The notes under the pieces: model-generated
What the model was told of the DNA's origin: nothing
The model's input: the letters and a program-made list of their open reading frames with translations, nothing else
The model's database searches: none
In this document: positions 23,663 to 34,397 of the stretch, piece after piece
How positions within the stretch are numbered: position 1 is the first letter of the stretch
Layout of the letters: each line of letters opens with the position of its first letter
From: Bacilli bacterium
GTDB lineage: Bacteria > Bacillota_I > Bacilli_A > RF39 > UBA660
Reading direction: 5' to 3'
Assembly (NCBI GenBank): GCA_036653735.1
Contig: JAVVTI010000004.1
Coordinates: 1 to 43,912, forward strand
Length of the DNA: 43,912 bases
Made by a program: the position numbers and the translations under genes

Positions 23663-25672
23663 TTATGGTTTCTTAATAGAAGAACCTTCATTATCAGGCT
23701 TACTACTAGGTTTCTCTCCTGTACTAGGCTTTTCCCCTGTACTAGGCTTTTCTCCAGTACTAGGCTTCTCTCCAGTACTAGGCTTCTCTCCAGTACTAGG
23801 CTTATCTTCTACTTTAGGAAAACCACTAGTCTTCTTAGCATACACAGTTATTTGTCTTACCCTAGATGCAAGAACTCCAGCTCCTTGAGATTGATCAACT
23901 ATAGTATATTTAGAATAATCAGCAGCATTAATAGCTTGTTTACTATCAACATCTAGAGCTATAAAAGTAATCCTATTTCTACCACACCAAGAAGATGCAT
24001 TAGATAAAGAATAAGAGTTAAAATTAGGTATCATTTCTATCTTAGCAGAACCAAAAGTATTAGCTCCTATAACTTCCTTTTCATATGGCTTATTTAAATC
24101 AAAACTAAATGTTTTAACCATAGTATAAGGAATCTTTCCTAAATTAACATTCATAGCATTAACAATTTCCTTAAGTCCCGCTGTACTGTGAAAGAATGCA
24201 AACCTAGGAGTAGAAGAACCAGGTTCTTTAACATAAGCATTCTGACCTCTTAAAAAAGTTCCTTGAATATTTAAAGTATTAATCTTATCATTAAATATTA
24301 ACTTCTTAGCTACCTTATAAAACGATAACATCTGTTCCTTTGTAATATTAGTATCAATATTCTTACTAACAGTATCAAATATATTCATAAAACTAGTTAC
24401 ACTTCTAATAGTTTTCCCTTTATTAAGCATTGCTTCTACTAACTGCTGTTGATTTTGTCCTCTTTGATAATCTCCTAAAAGAAATGCATACCTATTACGA
24501 GCAAATGCTAAAGCTTGCTCACCATTTAAAGTCTGATAACCCTTCTTTAAACATATCTCATACTCACCCTTATTTCTATTACTATCTTGTTCACAAAAAT
24601 CTATTGGAATAGTAGTTTCTATACCACCTAAAGCATTAACTAAACCAACAACGCCTTTAAAATTAACTTTAACATAATAATCAATAGTAATACCAGTTAA
24701 ATTCTGCATAGTTCTAATAACACAAGAAGTCCCTCCATAAGCAGAAGTATTAACCTTCTTAACGGCATTTCCACTACAAGCAATAGGAACATAAGTATCC
24801 CTCGGAATAGAGAACATAGTAGCTTCAAATGTATCAGGATTAAATGTAATCATCATAATAGTATCACCATTAAATGCTTCATTCTTATTAAGACCATCTT
24901 TTTCAGAGTCAACACCAAGTACTAAAACAGTAAAAGGATCAGTTAACTTCTTTTCACTATTACTAGTAGTATCATCCTTAATATCCTTCTTATTATAAGT
25001 CTTAGATAAACTAGTTACTTCTATAGCCTTCTTCTCAAGATCAGGAAACTCCAAAGTAACATTCTCACTCTCATCCCTAGAAGATACTCTAGAATAAACA
25101 TCTATATAATTACTACCAATAAATATTAAATCAACTTCTCCCTTATATAAAGCATTAAGTAAATCAGTACTAGAAGCATACTGCATAATAGTATTATTCT
25201 CATCCATCTTATACTTCTTAATAACCTCATTAGGTAATTTATAACCCTCTATATTACTTTCATCTTCAAGTAACCCAATCTTAGTCTTCTTTACATTTCC
25301 TATTTCTTTATACTTATTATCAAATGTTAATAATACAGTCTTATAAGTAACAGTATCCTTACTTAGATTATCTAACTTATTAGATATATTATAAAAGTAA
25401 TAAGTTCCAGTGCAGTCAATAACACAAAGAATAATAGAAAGCACACCAAGAACTATAAAAGACTTAACATGCTCCTTCTTAGTATTATAGAATAACCAAC
25501 CAATTATAACGCCCGCAAAATATATAAGTAATAATGCACACATTACCCTATAAAACCCTAATAACCCATTAAATAAGTATAACCCATAACAAATACTACA
25601 AGTACTTACTACTAAACTAAACGTTAAAATAATAGATGCTATAAACATAATCTTCTTTTTATTCTTTTTCAT
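23663..25672 (-). CDS. LCP (LytR-CpsA-Psr) family protein with N-terminal TMs, PBP-like accessory domain, PASTA-like segment and repeat tail
   Basis: VLVLGVD, SIPRDTYV, IDYYVKVNF, LNGEQALAFARNR, GDYQR motifs. Confidence 0.9.
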   Translation of the reverse strand: MKKNKKKIMFIASIILTFSLVVSTCSICYGLYLFNGLLGFYRVMCALLLIYFAGVIIGWLFYNTKKEHVKSFIVLGVLSIILCVIDCTGTYYFYNISNKLDNLSKDTVTYKTVLLTFDNKYKEIGNVKKTKIGLLEDESNIEGYKLPNEVIKKYKMDENNTIMQYASSTDLLNALYKGEVDLIFIGSNYIDVYSRVSSRDESENVTLEFPDLEKKAIEVTSLSKTYNKKDIKDDTTSNSEKKLTDPFTVLVLGVDSEKDGLNKNEAFNGDTIMMITFNPDTFEATMFSIPRDTYVPIACSGNAVKKVNTSAYGGTSCVIRTMQNLTGITIDYYVKVNFKGVVGLVNALGGIETTIPIDFCEQDSNRNKGEYEICLKKGYQTLNGEQALAFARNRYAFLLGDYQRGQNQQQLVEAMLNKGKTIRSVTSFMNIFDTVSKNIDTNITKEQMLSFYKVAKKLIFNDKINTLNIQGTFLRGQNAYVKEPGSSTPRFAFFHSTAGLKEIVNAMNVNLGKIPYTMVKTFSFDLNKPYEKEVIGANTFGSAKIEMIPNFNSYSLSNASSWCGRNRITFIALDVDSKQAINAADYSKYTIVDQSQGAGVLASRVRQITVYAKKTSGFPKVEDKPSTGEKPSTGEKPSTGEKPSTGEKPSTGEKPSSKPDNEGSSIKKP
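23705..23803 (-). repeat. 18-bp coding tandem repeat, (KPSTGE)x5 plus partial copy
   Basis: Units such as CTCTCCAGTACTAGGCTT with synonymous variants. Confidence 0.95.
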
Positions 25673-25780
25673 ACAAACTCCACATTTCTTTAATTATTAT
25701 ACTCTAAAAACCTAAAATTAACAATTAATTTCTATTCATATTTACATGATAATATTAATAAATAATAAAAAAAACAAATA

Positions 25781-27157
25781 TTATTTTGTTTTTTTCTTCT
25801 TACTTACTTTTAATATATCTTCCTTAGGCTCATCTATTATTTCCTTCTTCATATCCTTTATCTTCTTCTTATTATTACATATCTTTTTAATAAGAATTAT
25901 TAATAATATAATAAATAACCCACCAGTTTCACCAAGTAACAAATAAGTCATCTTCCTATTTCTAATACTTTCCTCTTTATATATCTTAGCCTCATCATCA
26001 TAATACTTAGTAAAAGACTTATTAATAGTATCATAAACATAATAGTCCTTCTTCCCAGTCTCAGCATTCATAGCATAAACAACCTTATATAAAGACTTAC
26101 TATTTAACTCATAGCACTCCGCGTCTATATTATTAATCTTAAAACTAGACTTCTTATAATTACTAAACATATCACTATTTTCTAAATCACTCATAATAAG
26201 CACTAAACTACTAGAAGTTATCTCATTATATAATGTATAACTTCCACTTTTACTATTATAAGAATACAAACTTATTTTACCACTCTTATCCTTAAGACCA
26301 ACTAAAGTATAAGGAGTAATTTTAGATGTAGCACAAGGCACTATAGTACCATTAATATCTACTGTTCCCTTTTCATAAGTAGTAGGGAAGATAAGACTAC
26401 TTTCTCTTTTAACTACAAAATACTCTTCATTACCAATTTTTACCTTAATAGGACTTGCATCCTCTATACTACATACTATAGTATAAACTTTTTCACTCCC
26501 ATTTTCTGCAATTACTTTAACCTTAAAAGTATTATCTCCTTCACTTACTTTAAATGTTCCAGCCCCAGATACAGATGCTCCATTATGATTCTTAACAGCA
26601 TTAATAACAACTTCTTCAGTACTTGATGGAAGCTTAACTTTATATTCTGTCTTATCTTTATTAAAAACTGGATCTAAGTCACCACCACCTACAGATAAAC
26701 TCTTTAAACTATTATCTTTAGAATAAGAAGCCTCCAACTGAGACTGACTAATAATATTAATTGTCTTAGGAGATACATTTAAACTAAATCTACTTTCATT
26801 CATAGCATAAGCATCATATGACTTAACACTAATTACCGCCTTACCTGATGCAATAGCCTTAAAACTATAATTATATGTAGTACTTCTTTGATTTCCATTA
26901 CCATAACTAACTACAGGAGAAGTTCCACTAACTAACTTAAGAAGACCTGTATTATAACTTAAAGAAAATTCCCAACTACCAAGAGCCTCAGCAGATGATA
27001 ATGTAACAGATGCATTAAAAGTCTTACCTATTACAACCTGATTATAAGGACTAGTAACATTAAAAGTAGCACTAGCTGCATCTAATTCTTTAGTACCAAC
27101 TATAAAACATAAACAACCAATAAACAAAACCAATAACTTTTTAAATCTCTTTTCCAT
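25781..27157 (-). CDS. Membrane-anchored protein: signal peptide, cohesin-like domain, cadherin-like beta-sandwich, two internal repeats, C-terminal TM
   Basis: VVIGKTFNASVTL..LSYN..LKLVSG..FKAIASGKA cohesin-like pattern. SLKSLSV..L.P.FNKDKTEY..V.AENGSEKVYTI cadherin-like pattern. Hydrophobic helix followed by a Lys-rich tail. Confidence 0.75.
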   Translation of the reverse strand: MEKRFKKLLVLFIGCLCFIVGTKELDAASATFNVTSPYNQVVIGKTFNASVTLSSAEALGSWEFSLSYNTGLLKLVSGTSPVVSYGNGNQRSTTYNYSFKAIASGKAVISVKSYDAYAMNESRFSLNVSPKTINIISQSQLEASYSKDNSLKSLSVGGGDLDPVFNKDKTEYKVKLPSSTEEVVINAVKNHNGASVSGAGTFKVSEGDNTFKVKVIAENGSEKVYTIVCSIEDASPIKVKIGNEEYFVVKRESSLIFPTTYEKGTVDINGTIVPCATSKITPYTLVGLKDKSGKISLYSYNSKSGSYTLYNEITSSSLVLIMSDLENSDMFSNYKKSSFKINNIDAECYELNSKSLYKVVYAMNAETGKKDYYVYDTINKSFTKYYDDEAKIYKEESIRNRKMTYLLLGETGGLFIILLIILIKKICNNKKKIKDMKKEIIDEPKEDILKVSKKKKTK

Positions 27158-27165
27158 ACTTCCTC

Positions 27166-29373
27166 CTATAACTTTAATAGACCTAATATATTCTTTTGAA
27201 CCCTAAGTAAATCAAGTATATCAACCTTCTGATCACCATTAGTATCAGCAGCTAAAGCTTGCTCATTAGTTAGTGTATTACTCTTAATAATATGCTTTTG
27301 AACCTTAAGTAAATCTAATATAGTAACTTTTCCATCACAACTAGTATCACCATTAACTACAATAGTATATTCCATACTCTCATTAGAAGTAGTAGTAACA
27401 GTTAACCTATTTCCTGTTGCAAACTCATTACCAGGACTTAATACATTCCCATTAGAATCACTAAACCTAATAGTAGCATTAGGATCAACTTTATTTATAT
27501 TACTAATAATATCACCAGCAATACTACTAGAAGATATATTAGTTATATAATTATTAGTTACTTTAACAGATAACTTACTAAATATATCTTCTAAAGTCTT
27601 TGTCCCATCAACTAAAACAATATTTACTTTATATTCTTTAACTTCACCAGTTTCAGAAGTTACTTTAAGTATAACACTTAATGTATTACCATTAATTTCA
27701 TAAGTATTATTACCACTTAACTTACTTTTATTATTCTCTAAAATACCCTCTATAGTAACCTTCTTATTATCATTAGTTAAATAATGAGTATACTCAGTTA
27801 CATCCCTATCAAAAGTATTAATCCTAATACCATTAATTTTAATATCACTTAAATAATTATTAGAGTCTCCTATAACAGGAAGAGATACATACTTAGGCAT
27901 ATTACTATATACTGGAATAACAAAAGTATATCCATAATTAAGTAAGTTCTTATCATTATAACTATAATACATCTTTCTACTCTCACTAACAGCAGATTGT
28001 ACATTAGTTTGAAACTGATGAGTATAGTAATATTGAACAGCAGTATTAAACTTTTGAAAATATAAAGTATCTTGACCAGCATTTATATATCCATTTGCAA
28101 TCCAAGAAGCACCACCATCAATTGCCTTCTTAGGAGTATTCCAAGGCCTATAATCATTATTACTAAACCCACAAGCAGCTCCACAAGCATAAGCAAGACC
28201 TCTATCACCAGGCTCATTAGTATATGCATCAGCATGAGACCCTATATTAAAGAAATTATAAAACCCTTTTAATGAGTAACCCCTATAAGTTCTATTATAA
28301 TTACCACTAACCATTCCATAATTAGGATTCCCAGCACCCTCCTGTAAAGCCCTAGCAGCTAAATGAACAGGACTTACATTACTAGAAGCGGCAGCACCCA
28401 TAAAATAACCAATAAACTCATTAGAATTTAAATAAAGATTTTGAAACATAGTTCCAAGTAAAGCAGGACTATGAACTTCTTTATTATAAGAAAGCTGCTC
28501 AAACATAAATATAAAATACTTATTTAAAAAATTTCTAGGATCCATATAAAAAGCATTAACTCCATCAGTAGCAGTATACCACCCTCCAACTTCTCTTTCT
28601 ATAGGATTAGTAATATAATTAATCTCCTTAGATTGTAAATAATTCTTACCACTTTCCCCATTAATAACATCCTCCCAAACTAAATTATTATTCTTAGCTT
28701 GAAAATTCCATAGAGGAAAATCCTTATGAAGTTTAAGTAAATAAGGAATATAAGAATCAGGAAACCCTTTTGCCTTTAAAGAAGCAATATAAGCATTTTC
28801 CTCACTAGTATAAACATCCTTCTTAAGCACCATATTATCATATAATTCTATATAAGAACCACATATATATCCTTTAGAATTACCTTTAAATGAAACATTA
28901 TACCACTTATTATTACAACCAGCTCCCTCAGGTAAAACATTAATTATATTAAAACTAGTTCCACTAATAGCATAATCTACTGGAGTAGAATACTCACTAG
29001 CACTTGATCTTATAGGCATACTTTGAGAAGTAATAAGTCTAGCATCAAATGGAGCAGTACTATAAGTAGTATTAGAATATGATACACTCCCTAATACTTT
29101 AATAAAAGAACTACATATATAAGCCCCATTATTTTGATAACGTATCTTATACCATCCTTCATTACATCCACTTCCAACATACTTAGTAGTATCATATAAA
29201 AATACTTGAGTACCATTACTATATTCAGTTAATACATTACTATTAACATTATAATTATCTCTTACCCTAACAGAATTACCTACAATAGAACCATAAGTAT
29301 CGGCATTAACATTTATATATACAAAAAACATAAAAAATGTGATAACAAACATAATTATATTACTTTTTTTCAT
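27166..29373 (-). CDS. Secreted cell-wall hydrolase: two SH3b-like domains, GH73-like glucosaminidase, cadherin-like domain, C-terminal dockerin
   Basis: VRVR..WYKI..YICS SH3b-like repeats. RALQE, YNFFNIG, GQDTLYFQKFN catalytic-domain motifs. Duplicated GDTSCDGKVTILDLL / ADTNGDQKVDILDLL dockerin loops. Confidence 0.85.
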   Translation of the reverse strand: MKKSNIIMFVITFFMFFVYINVNADTYGSIVGNSVRVRDNYNVNSNVLTEYSNGTQVFLYDTTKYVGSGCNEGWYKIRYQNNGAYICSSFIKVLGSVSYSNTTYSTAPFDARLITSQSMPIRSSASEYSTPVDYAISGTSFNIINVLPEGAGCNNKWYNVSFKGNSKGYICGSYIELYDNMVLKKDVYTSEENAYIASLKAKGFPDSYIPYLLKLHKDFPLWNFQAKNNNLVWEDVINGESGKNYLQSKEINYITNPIEREVGGWYTATDGVNAFYMDPRNFLNKYFIFMFEQLSYNKEVHSPALLGTMFQNLYLNSNEFIGYFMGAAASSNVSPVHLAARALQEGAGNPNYGMVSGNYNRTYRGYSLKGFYNFFNIGSHADAYTNEPGDRGLAYACGAACGFSNNDYRPWNTPKKAIDGGASWIANGYINAGQDTLYFQKFNTAVQYYYTHQFQTNVQSAVSESRKMYYSYNDKNLLNYGYTFVIPVYSNMPKYVSLPVIGDSNNYLSDIKINGIRINTFDRDVTEYTHYLTNDNKKVTIEGILENNKSKLSGNNTYEINGNTLSVILKVTSETGEVKEYKVNIVLVDGTKTLEDIFSKLSVKVTNNYITNISSSSIAGDIISNINKVDPNATIRFSDSNGNVLSPGNEFATGNRLTVTTTSNESMEYTIVVNGDTSCDGKVTILDLLKVQKHIIKSNTLTNEQALAADTNGDQKVDILDLLRVQKNILGLLKL

Positions 29374-29510
29374 ACATAGCCTCCTTTAAGTTCTATAAAA
29401 ATTATAACATAAAACACTAAAAACTAGTAAATATAACATAACCATATACACATGTACTTTACATATAATAAGACATTTACATTCATACATACGTATAAAA
29501 TTAAAAGTTC

Positions 29511-29539
29511 TTGTAATAATATGAGTAATTGTATATAAT
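29511..29539 (+). promoter_or_regulatory. Sigma-A-type promoter for tagO-gpsA
   Basis: TTGTAA-17 bp-TATAAT. Confidence 0.65.
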
Positions 29540-29556
29540 GTTTATGGGGATGAAGT

Positions 29557-30600
29557 ATGAAATTTATAGTAAATGGACACAATATTTTCTTAATAGTATC
29601 AATATGCACTATGGCATCTTTTATATTTGTACAAATAATGAAAAAAGTAGCCACATATATAGGAGCACTAGACTATCCAGATAAAAGAAAGATTCATTTA
29701 AAACCAATTCCAACTCTAGGAGGAGTAGGAATCTTTGTTGCATTCTTACTAGGATATATACTTTTTGGAGAAGAAAGTACTCTTATGCTTTCTATATTAA
29801 TAGCATCATTTCTTATTCTAATATTAGGAATATTTGATGATATAAAACCAATAGATGCTAAATATAAGTTTATAATTCATATTATTATAGCTTCTATTGT
29901 AGTATTTTATGGAAAATTAGAAATTACTAGAATAATCTTCTTTGATATAAACTTTGCACTAGGATCATTATCATCAATTATTTCCGTAGTAGCAATAGTT
30001 GCTATTATAAATGCAATAAACTTAATAGATGGACTAGATGGACTATGTGCAGGAATCTCCTCTATATACTTTTTTACAATAGCGGTTATTGCATTACTAT
30101 TAAATAAACTAGGTGGGTTAGATATAATACTATCTCTTATAATGCTAGGATGTTGCTTAGGATACCTAATACATAACTTTCCACCAGCTAAAATATTTAT
30201 GGGAGACACAGGTTCTACATTCCTAGGACTTATGATAGCAGTTATTATGATGCTAGGATTTAAAACATACACACTTACTTCCTTAGTAATACCACTTTTA
30301 GTTCTAGCAATACCTATATTAGATACAATATTTGCTATTATTAGAAGACGTATACACGGTAAACCAGTAGGACAAGCAGATAAAGAACACTTTCATCATC
30401 AACTTTTAAAACTAAACAAATCACCTAGAAAAACAGTACTATCTATGTATGCTATTACAGCTATATTCTCCATAACAACAATTCTTTATGCAGTTGGATA
30501 TAAAAAAGAGATGTTTATCACATATATAGTATTACTATTAATGATAATATTTCTAATATTTAAAACAAACATACTATTTGACTGGGGAAAAAAGAAATGA
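29557..30600 (+). CDS. tagO: Undecaprenyl-phosphate GlcNAc-1-phosphate transferase (TagO/WecA)
   Basis: RKIH..PIPTLGG, GIFDD, NAINLIDGLDGL, IFMGDTGS, DKEHFHH. Confidence 0.9.
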   Translation: MKFIVNGHNIFLIVSICTMASFIFVQIMKKVATYIGALDYPDKRKIHLKPIPTLGGVGIFVAFLLGYILFGEESTLMLSILIASFLILILGIFDDIKPIDAKYKFIIHIIIASIVVFYGKLEITRIIFFDINFALGSLSSIISVVAIVAIINAINLIDGLDGLCAGISSIYFFTIAVIALLLNKLGGLDIILSLIMLGCCLGYLIHNFPPAKIFMGDTGSTFLGLMIAVIMMLGFKTYTLTSLVIPLLVLAIPILDTIFAIIRRRIHGKPVGQADKEHFHHQLLKLNKSPRKTVLSMYAITAIFSITTILYAVGYKKEMFITYIVLLLMIIFLIFKTNILFDWGKKK

Positions 30601-31565
30601 ATGTTGCCATTTTAGGAGCAGGTGCATATGGTCTTGCTTTAGCATCCATTCTTATTAATAATAAACACCATGTTCAAATATGGACAAATAGTAAAGAAGA
30701 AAAAGAACTACTAACTAAAACAAGAAAAAGTCCTAAATTAAAAAATTATAAGATTCCAAAAGAACTTATAATTTTAGATGATTTAAAACAAGTAGTTAAG
30801 AATAAAGATCTCGTTATTATAGCAGTTCCAACTTTTGCATTCGAAACCATAATAATAGATTTAAAGAAATATATATTAAAAAAACAAATAATATTAATAA
30901 CCTCAAAAGGAATACAACAAGAAACATGCTTATTTTTAAGCGATGTTCTTTTAAAACATCTAAATAATAAATATGCAGTAATTTCAGGTCCAACATTTGC
31001 TTTAGATATAATTAAACAAACACCCATAGGCTTCTCATTAGCAACAAAATATAAAGCAGCAGAAGAAATAGTTGTAAAAGCATTTTCAAATAAAACCACT
31101 AAATTTAGAAGAACAAGAGACATAATAGGAGTTGAAATATGCTCAAGTGTAAAAAATGTAATGGCTATAGCAAGTGGCATCTTAGAAGGAATGAATGTTA
31201 CAGATTCAACAAGAGCTTTATTTCTAACAGAATCACTAAATGATATAAAAGAACTTATTAAAGCATTAGGTGGAAACAAAAAAACAATACTTTCATTTGC
31301 TGGCTTTGGAGATATCCTAATGACATGCACAAGCCATAATAGTAGAAACTTTACATTTGGCTATCTAATAGGAAAAGATATAAACAAAAAAGAAATAGAC
31401 TCCTTTCTAAAAGAAAACACAGTAGAAGGAATGTATACATTAAAATCAATTAAAAAATTAATAATAAAAAAGAAAATAAATCTACCAATAATTAACTTAA
31501 TATATGATATTATATTAAATAATAAAGATAAAAAAGAACTATTAAGATTTCTAATAGAAAAATAA
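30597..31565 (+). CDS. gpsA: NAD(P)H-dependent glycerol-3-phosphate dehydrogenase
   Basis: GAGAYG, SKGI, SGPTFA, KNVMAIA.G, GFGD..TC.S.NSRN, VEG. Confidence 0.95.
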   Translation: MNVAILGAGAYGLALASILINNKHHVQIWTNSKEEKELLTKTRKSPKLKNYKIPKELIILDDLKQVVKNKDLVIIAVPTFAFETIIIDLKKYILKKQIILITSKGIQQETCLFLSDVLLKHLNNKYAVISGPTFALDIIKQTPIGFSLATKYKAAEEIVVKAFSNKTTKFRRTRDIIGVEICSSVKNVMAIASGILEGMNVTDSTRALFLTESLNDIKELIKALGGNKKTILSFAGFGDILMTCTSHNSRNFTFGYLIGKDINKKEIDSFLKENTVEGMYTLKSIKKLIIKKKINLPIINLIYDIILNNKDKKELLRFLIEK

Positions 31566-31603
31566 TGCTATGTATATTAGTATTTATTTGATATAATGGA
31601 AAC

Positions 31604-33082
31604 ATGAAGTTTGAATTAAGTTTTAAAAAAATATTTATGATATTCCTTGTTACATATCCTATATTTGATATGTACCCTTTTTATAATAGAATAACAACCC
31701 TTATAAGAGTTGCTATTATAACAACAATGTTTCTATATGTACTTATAAAATATAAAGATAAGAAAGCTTTTTTACTTTTTTTCTTATATTTCATATTACT
31801 AGGTATATTCTTCATAATTCACGATAATCACTGTTCCTTCTTTAGATCATTTAGCCCTACAAACTTTGATTATAATGTACTAGAAGAAATGCTATACTTT
31901 GTAAAAATGACTATGCCACTAATATTTATATATATCTCATATAAAATAAAACTAAATAAAAAAGATATAAAAAATATAATAATAGCACTAAGTATATTAA
32001 TATCTACTAATATAATTATAACTAATTTCTTTGTAATAAGCTATTCATCATACTCTAATGAATTAATAAAAGGAAACTTCTTTTCGTGGTTCTTTGGAGC
32101 ATATGCTAAATATGGATATATGCAATTAGCATCTAAGGGATGGTTCTACTTTGCTAACCATACAATAGCTATATTAGTAATGATATTACCAATTATATTT
32201 TATTACCTAATAGAAGACTTTAACTATAAAAAAGTAATTATATTATGTTGTCACTTGTTTGCCCTTGTATTATTAGGTAATAGAACTAGTGTTATAGGAA
32301 CATATGCTATATTGCTTATAAGTATATTTACATACTTTGTTTTTACTGTAATAATAAAAAGAGATAAACCAAATAAGAAAGTACTAATATATATGATCTT
32401 ATTAATAATTATCTATCCCTTTTTTATATTTATTAGCCCTGCATACCAAAGATTCGAAGATACAAAAACTATTGTCAATTCAGTAAACAAAGAAACCATA
32501 TTAAATATAAATAATGAACAAAAGATTAACTATATAGTTGAAGAAAAAGAAAAGAAAATAAATTATATATTAACAAACTATAAAAGTAAAATGGTTAACC
32601 CTATATTCTTTAAATATTATCCATATGAATATGATACAGATTTTTGGTATCTAGAAATAAAAAACAATGATAAAACAAACTTTATTAACTATAGAAATTT
32701 AGAAATAAAAATACTTAATAGAGTTATAATTACAAACAATAATAAATATGATAAGTTACTTGGAATAAGTCACTCAAGACATATGAATATAGTTAACTAT
32801 GAAAGAGACTACTTTAGTCAAATATATAGTGTAGGTATTATAGGATTATTCTTATTAATATCACCTTACATAATAATATTATTATATTTAATAATTAAAC
32901 TATTTAATAAGAAAAACTTTAAACTAAAAAATATATTATTTATATATTCCTTAGGAATCTTTTTAAGCCTCGCACTCCTATCAGGCAACCTGCTTAATTC
33001 CCTAAGCGTTACAGTTATTTTTTCGTTCATAATGGGAATAATGATTAATGAAGAAAATTATGCTATAATTAAGAAGAGGTGA
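31604..33082 (+). CDS. O-antigen ligase / Wzy-like polytopic membrane protein (TuaE-like)
   Basis: About 12 TM helices, KGWFYFAN, LGNR, large late extracellular loop, ERDYF...GIIG. Confidence 0.7.
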   Translation: MKFELSFKKIFMIFLVTYPIFDMYPFYNRITTLIRVAIITTMFLYVLIKYKDKKAFLLFFLYFILLGIFFIIHDNHCSFFRSFSPTNFDYNVLEEMLYFVKMTMPLIFIYISYKIKLNKKDIKNIIIALSILISTNIIITNFFVISYSSYSNELIKGNFFSWFFGAYAKYGYMQLASKGWFYFANHTIAILVMILPIIFYYLIEDFNYKKVIILCCHLFALVLLGNRTSVIGTYAILLISIFTYFVFTVIIKRDKPNKKVLIYMILLIIIYPFFIFISPAYQRFEDTKTIVNSVNKETILNINNEQKINYIVEEKEKKINYILTNYKSKMVNPIFFKYYPYEYDTDFWYLEIKNNDKTNFINYRNLEIKILNRVIITNNNKYDKLLGISHSRHMNIVNYERDYFSQIYSVGIIGLFLLISPYIIILLYLIIKLFNKKNFKLKNILFIYSLGIFLSLALLSGNLLNSLSVTVIFSFIMGIMINEENYAIIKKR

Positions 33083-33086
33083 ACAA

Positions 33087-34397
33087 GTGGGAACATTTTT
33101 TGAAAAAGTAGAAAAATATTTTAAAAAAATAAAAAGAGATGGAATAGTAAGTGCAACTAAAAAGGCAATTGTGAAATTTAAAAGTGATTATTTGTCTAAA
33201 ATTAATCCGGTAACAATAATTAAATTTTATAAAAACAAGAAAAATATTTATGCTGAACTTAATAATATTATAAAAAATAATAAATATGATAGAGTACTTG
33301 TATGGAGGAGTTCTATAGGATGGAATATTCCTTTATTTCAAAGACCTCAACACTTGTCTAAATGCTTAGCACAAGAAAACTGCTTAGTGTTTTATGAAGT
33401 TACTAAGATGACTGATAAGGTTGATTTTATTAAAAAACAAAGTAATAACTTATACTTAGTAAACTTTGAAACAAATAGATTCAATAAACTATTTCATGAG
33501 GTAATTAAAGAAATAGAAAAACCTAAATATGTTTTTATTGCATCTACTTCATGGGACTTAAATGAAAAAACAATTATTAATTATGTTAATAATAACTTTA
33601 CATTACTATATGATTACTTGGATGACCTTAATCCTGCTTTAGCTGGCATTGAAAAATTACCAACAAATGTAAAAACAATACATGATTATGTAGTAAATCA
33701 TCCAAAGAATACATATGTCATTTGTACAGCTGATATTCTTTATAAAGATATGGTAAAGAAAAGAAATAATGATAAAAACATAACCTTTGCTTGTAATGGT
33801 GTTACATATGAACATTTTATTAACCTTAATAAGAAAATAAAATATACAGAAGACTTTAATAAAATATTAAAAGAAAAGAAACCAATAATAGGATATTATG
33901 GAGCACTAGCAAAATGGTATGATTATGAACTTATAAAAAAGTTAGCATCAGAAAGAAAAGACTGTAACATTGTGTTAATAGGAGCAAAATATGATACTAG
34001 TTTTGATGCATCTAAAATAGAAAAAATAAATAATATACACTTTATAGGATCTAAATCATTTGATGAGTTACCATACTATGCTAAACATTTTAATGTTTCT
34101 ATTTTACCATTTTTAATAAATGATATTACAAAGGCAACAAGTCCTATTAAACTATTTGAATATATGGCTTTAGGAAAGCCAATAGTAACAACTGACTTAA
34201 ATGAATGTAGAAAATATAAATCAGTCCAGATAGGTAAAACACATGAAGAATTTATTAAATTAATAGATAAAAGTTTAAACCTAAAAGATAATAAGTATAA
34301 TGAACTTCTTAAAACAGAAGCACTTGAGAATACTTGGGAAAGTAAAAGCAAGATAATTGTAACTGACTTAAAAAAATATGAAAAGGATAAACAATGA
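33087..34397 (+). CDS. GT-B glycosyltransferase (TuaH/YqgM-like)
   Basis: FQRPQHL, IGYYGALAKW, SPIKLFEYMA.GKPIV. Confidence 0.88.
   Translation: MGTFFEKVEKYFKKIKRDGIVSATKKAIVKFKSDYLSKINPVTIIKFYKNKKNIYAELNNIIKNNKYDRVLVWRSSIGWNIPLFQRPQHLSKCLAQENCLVFYEVTKMTDKVDFIKKQSNNLYLVNFETNRFNKLFHEVIKEIEKPKYVFIASTSWDLNEKTIINYVNNNFTLLYDYLDDLNPALAGIEKLPTNVKTIHDYVVNHPKNTYVICTADILYKDMVKKRNNDKNITFACNGVTYEHFINLNKKIKYTEDFNKILKEKKPIIGYYGALAKWYDYELIKKLASERKDCNIVLIGAKYDTSFDASKIEKINNIHFIGSKSFDELPYYAKHFNVSILPFLINDITKATSPIKLFEYMALGKPIVTTDLNECRKYKSVQIGKTHEEFIKLIDKSLNLKDNKYNELLKTEALENTWESKSKIIVTDLKKYEKDKQ

Noticed and set aside
29455-29485. dif-like or operator repeat (TTTACAT twice) between divergent genes
   Set aside because: Arms are direct rather than inverted and too short to be significant in AT-rich DNA.
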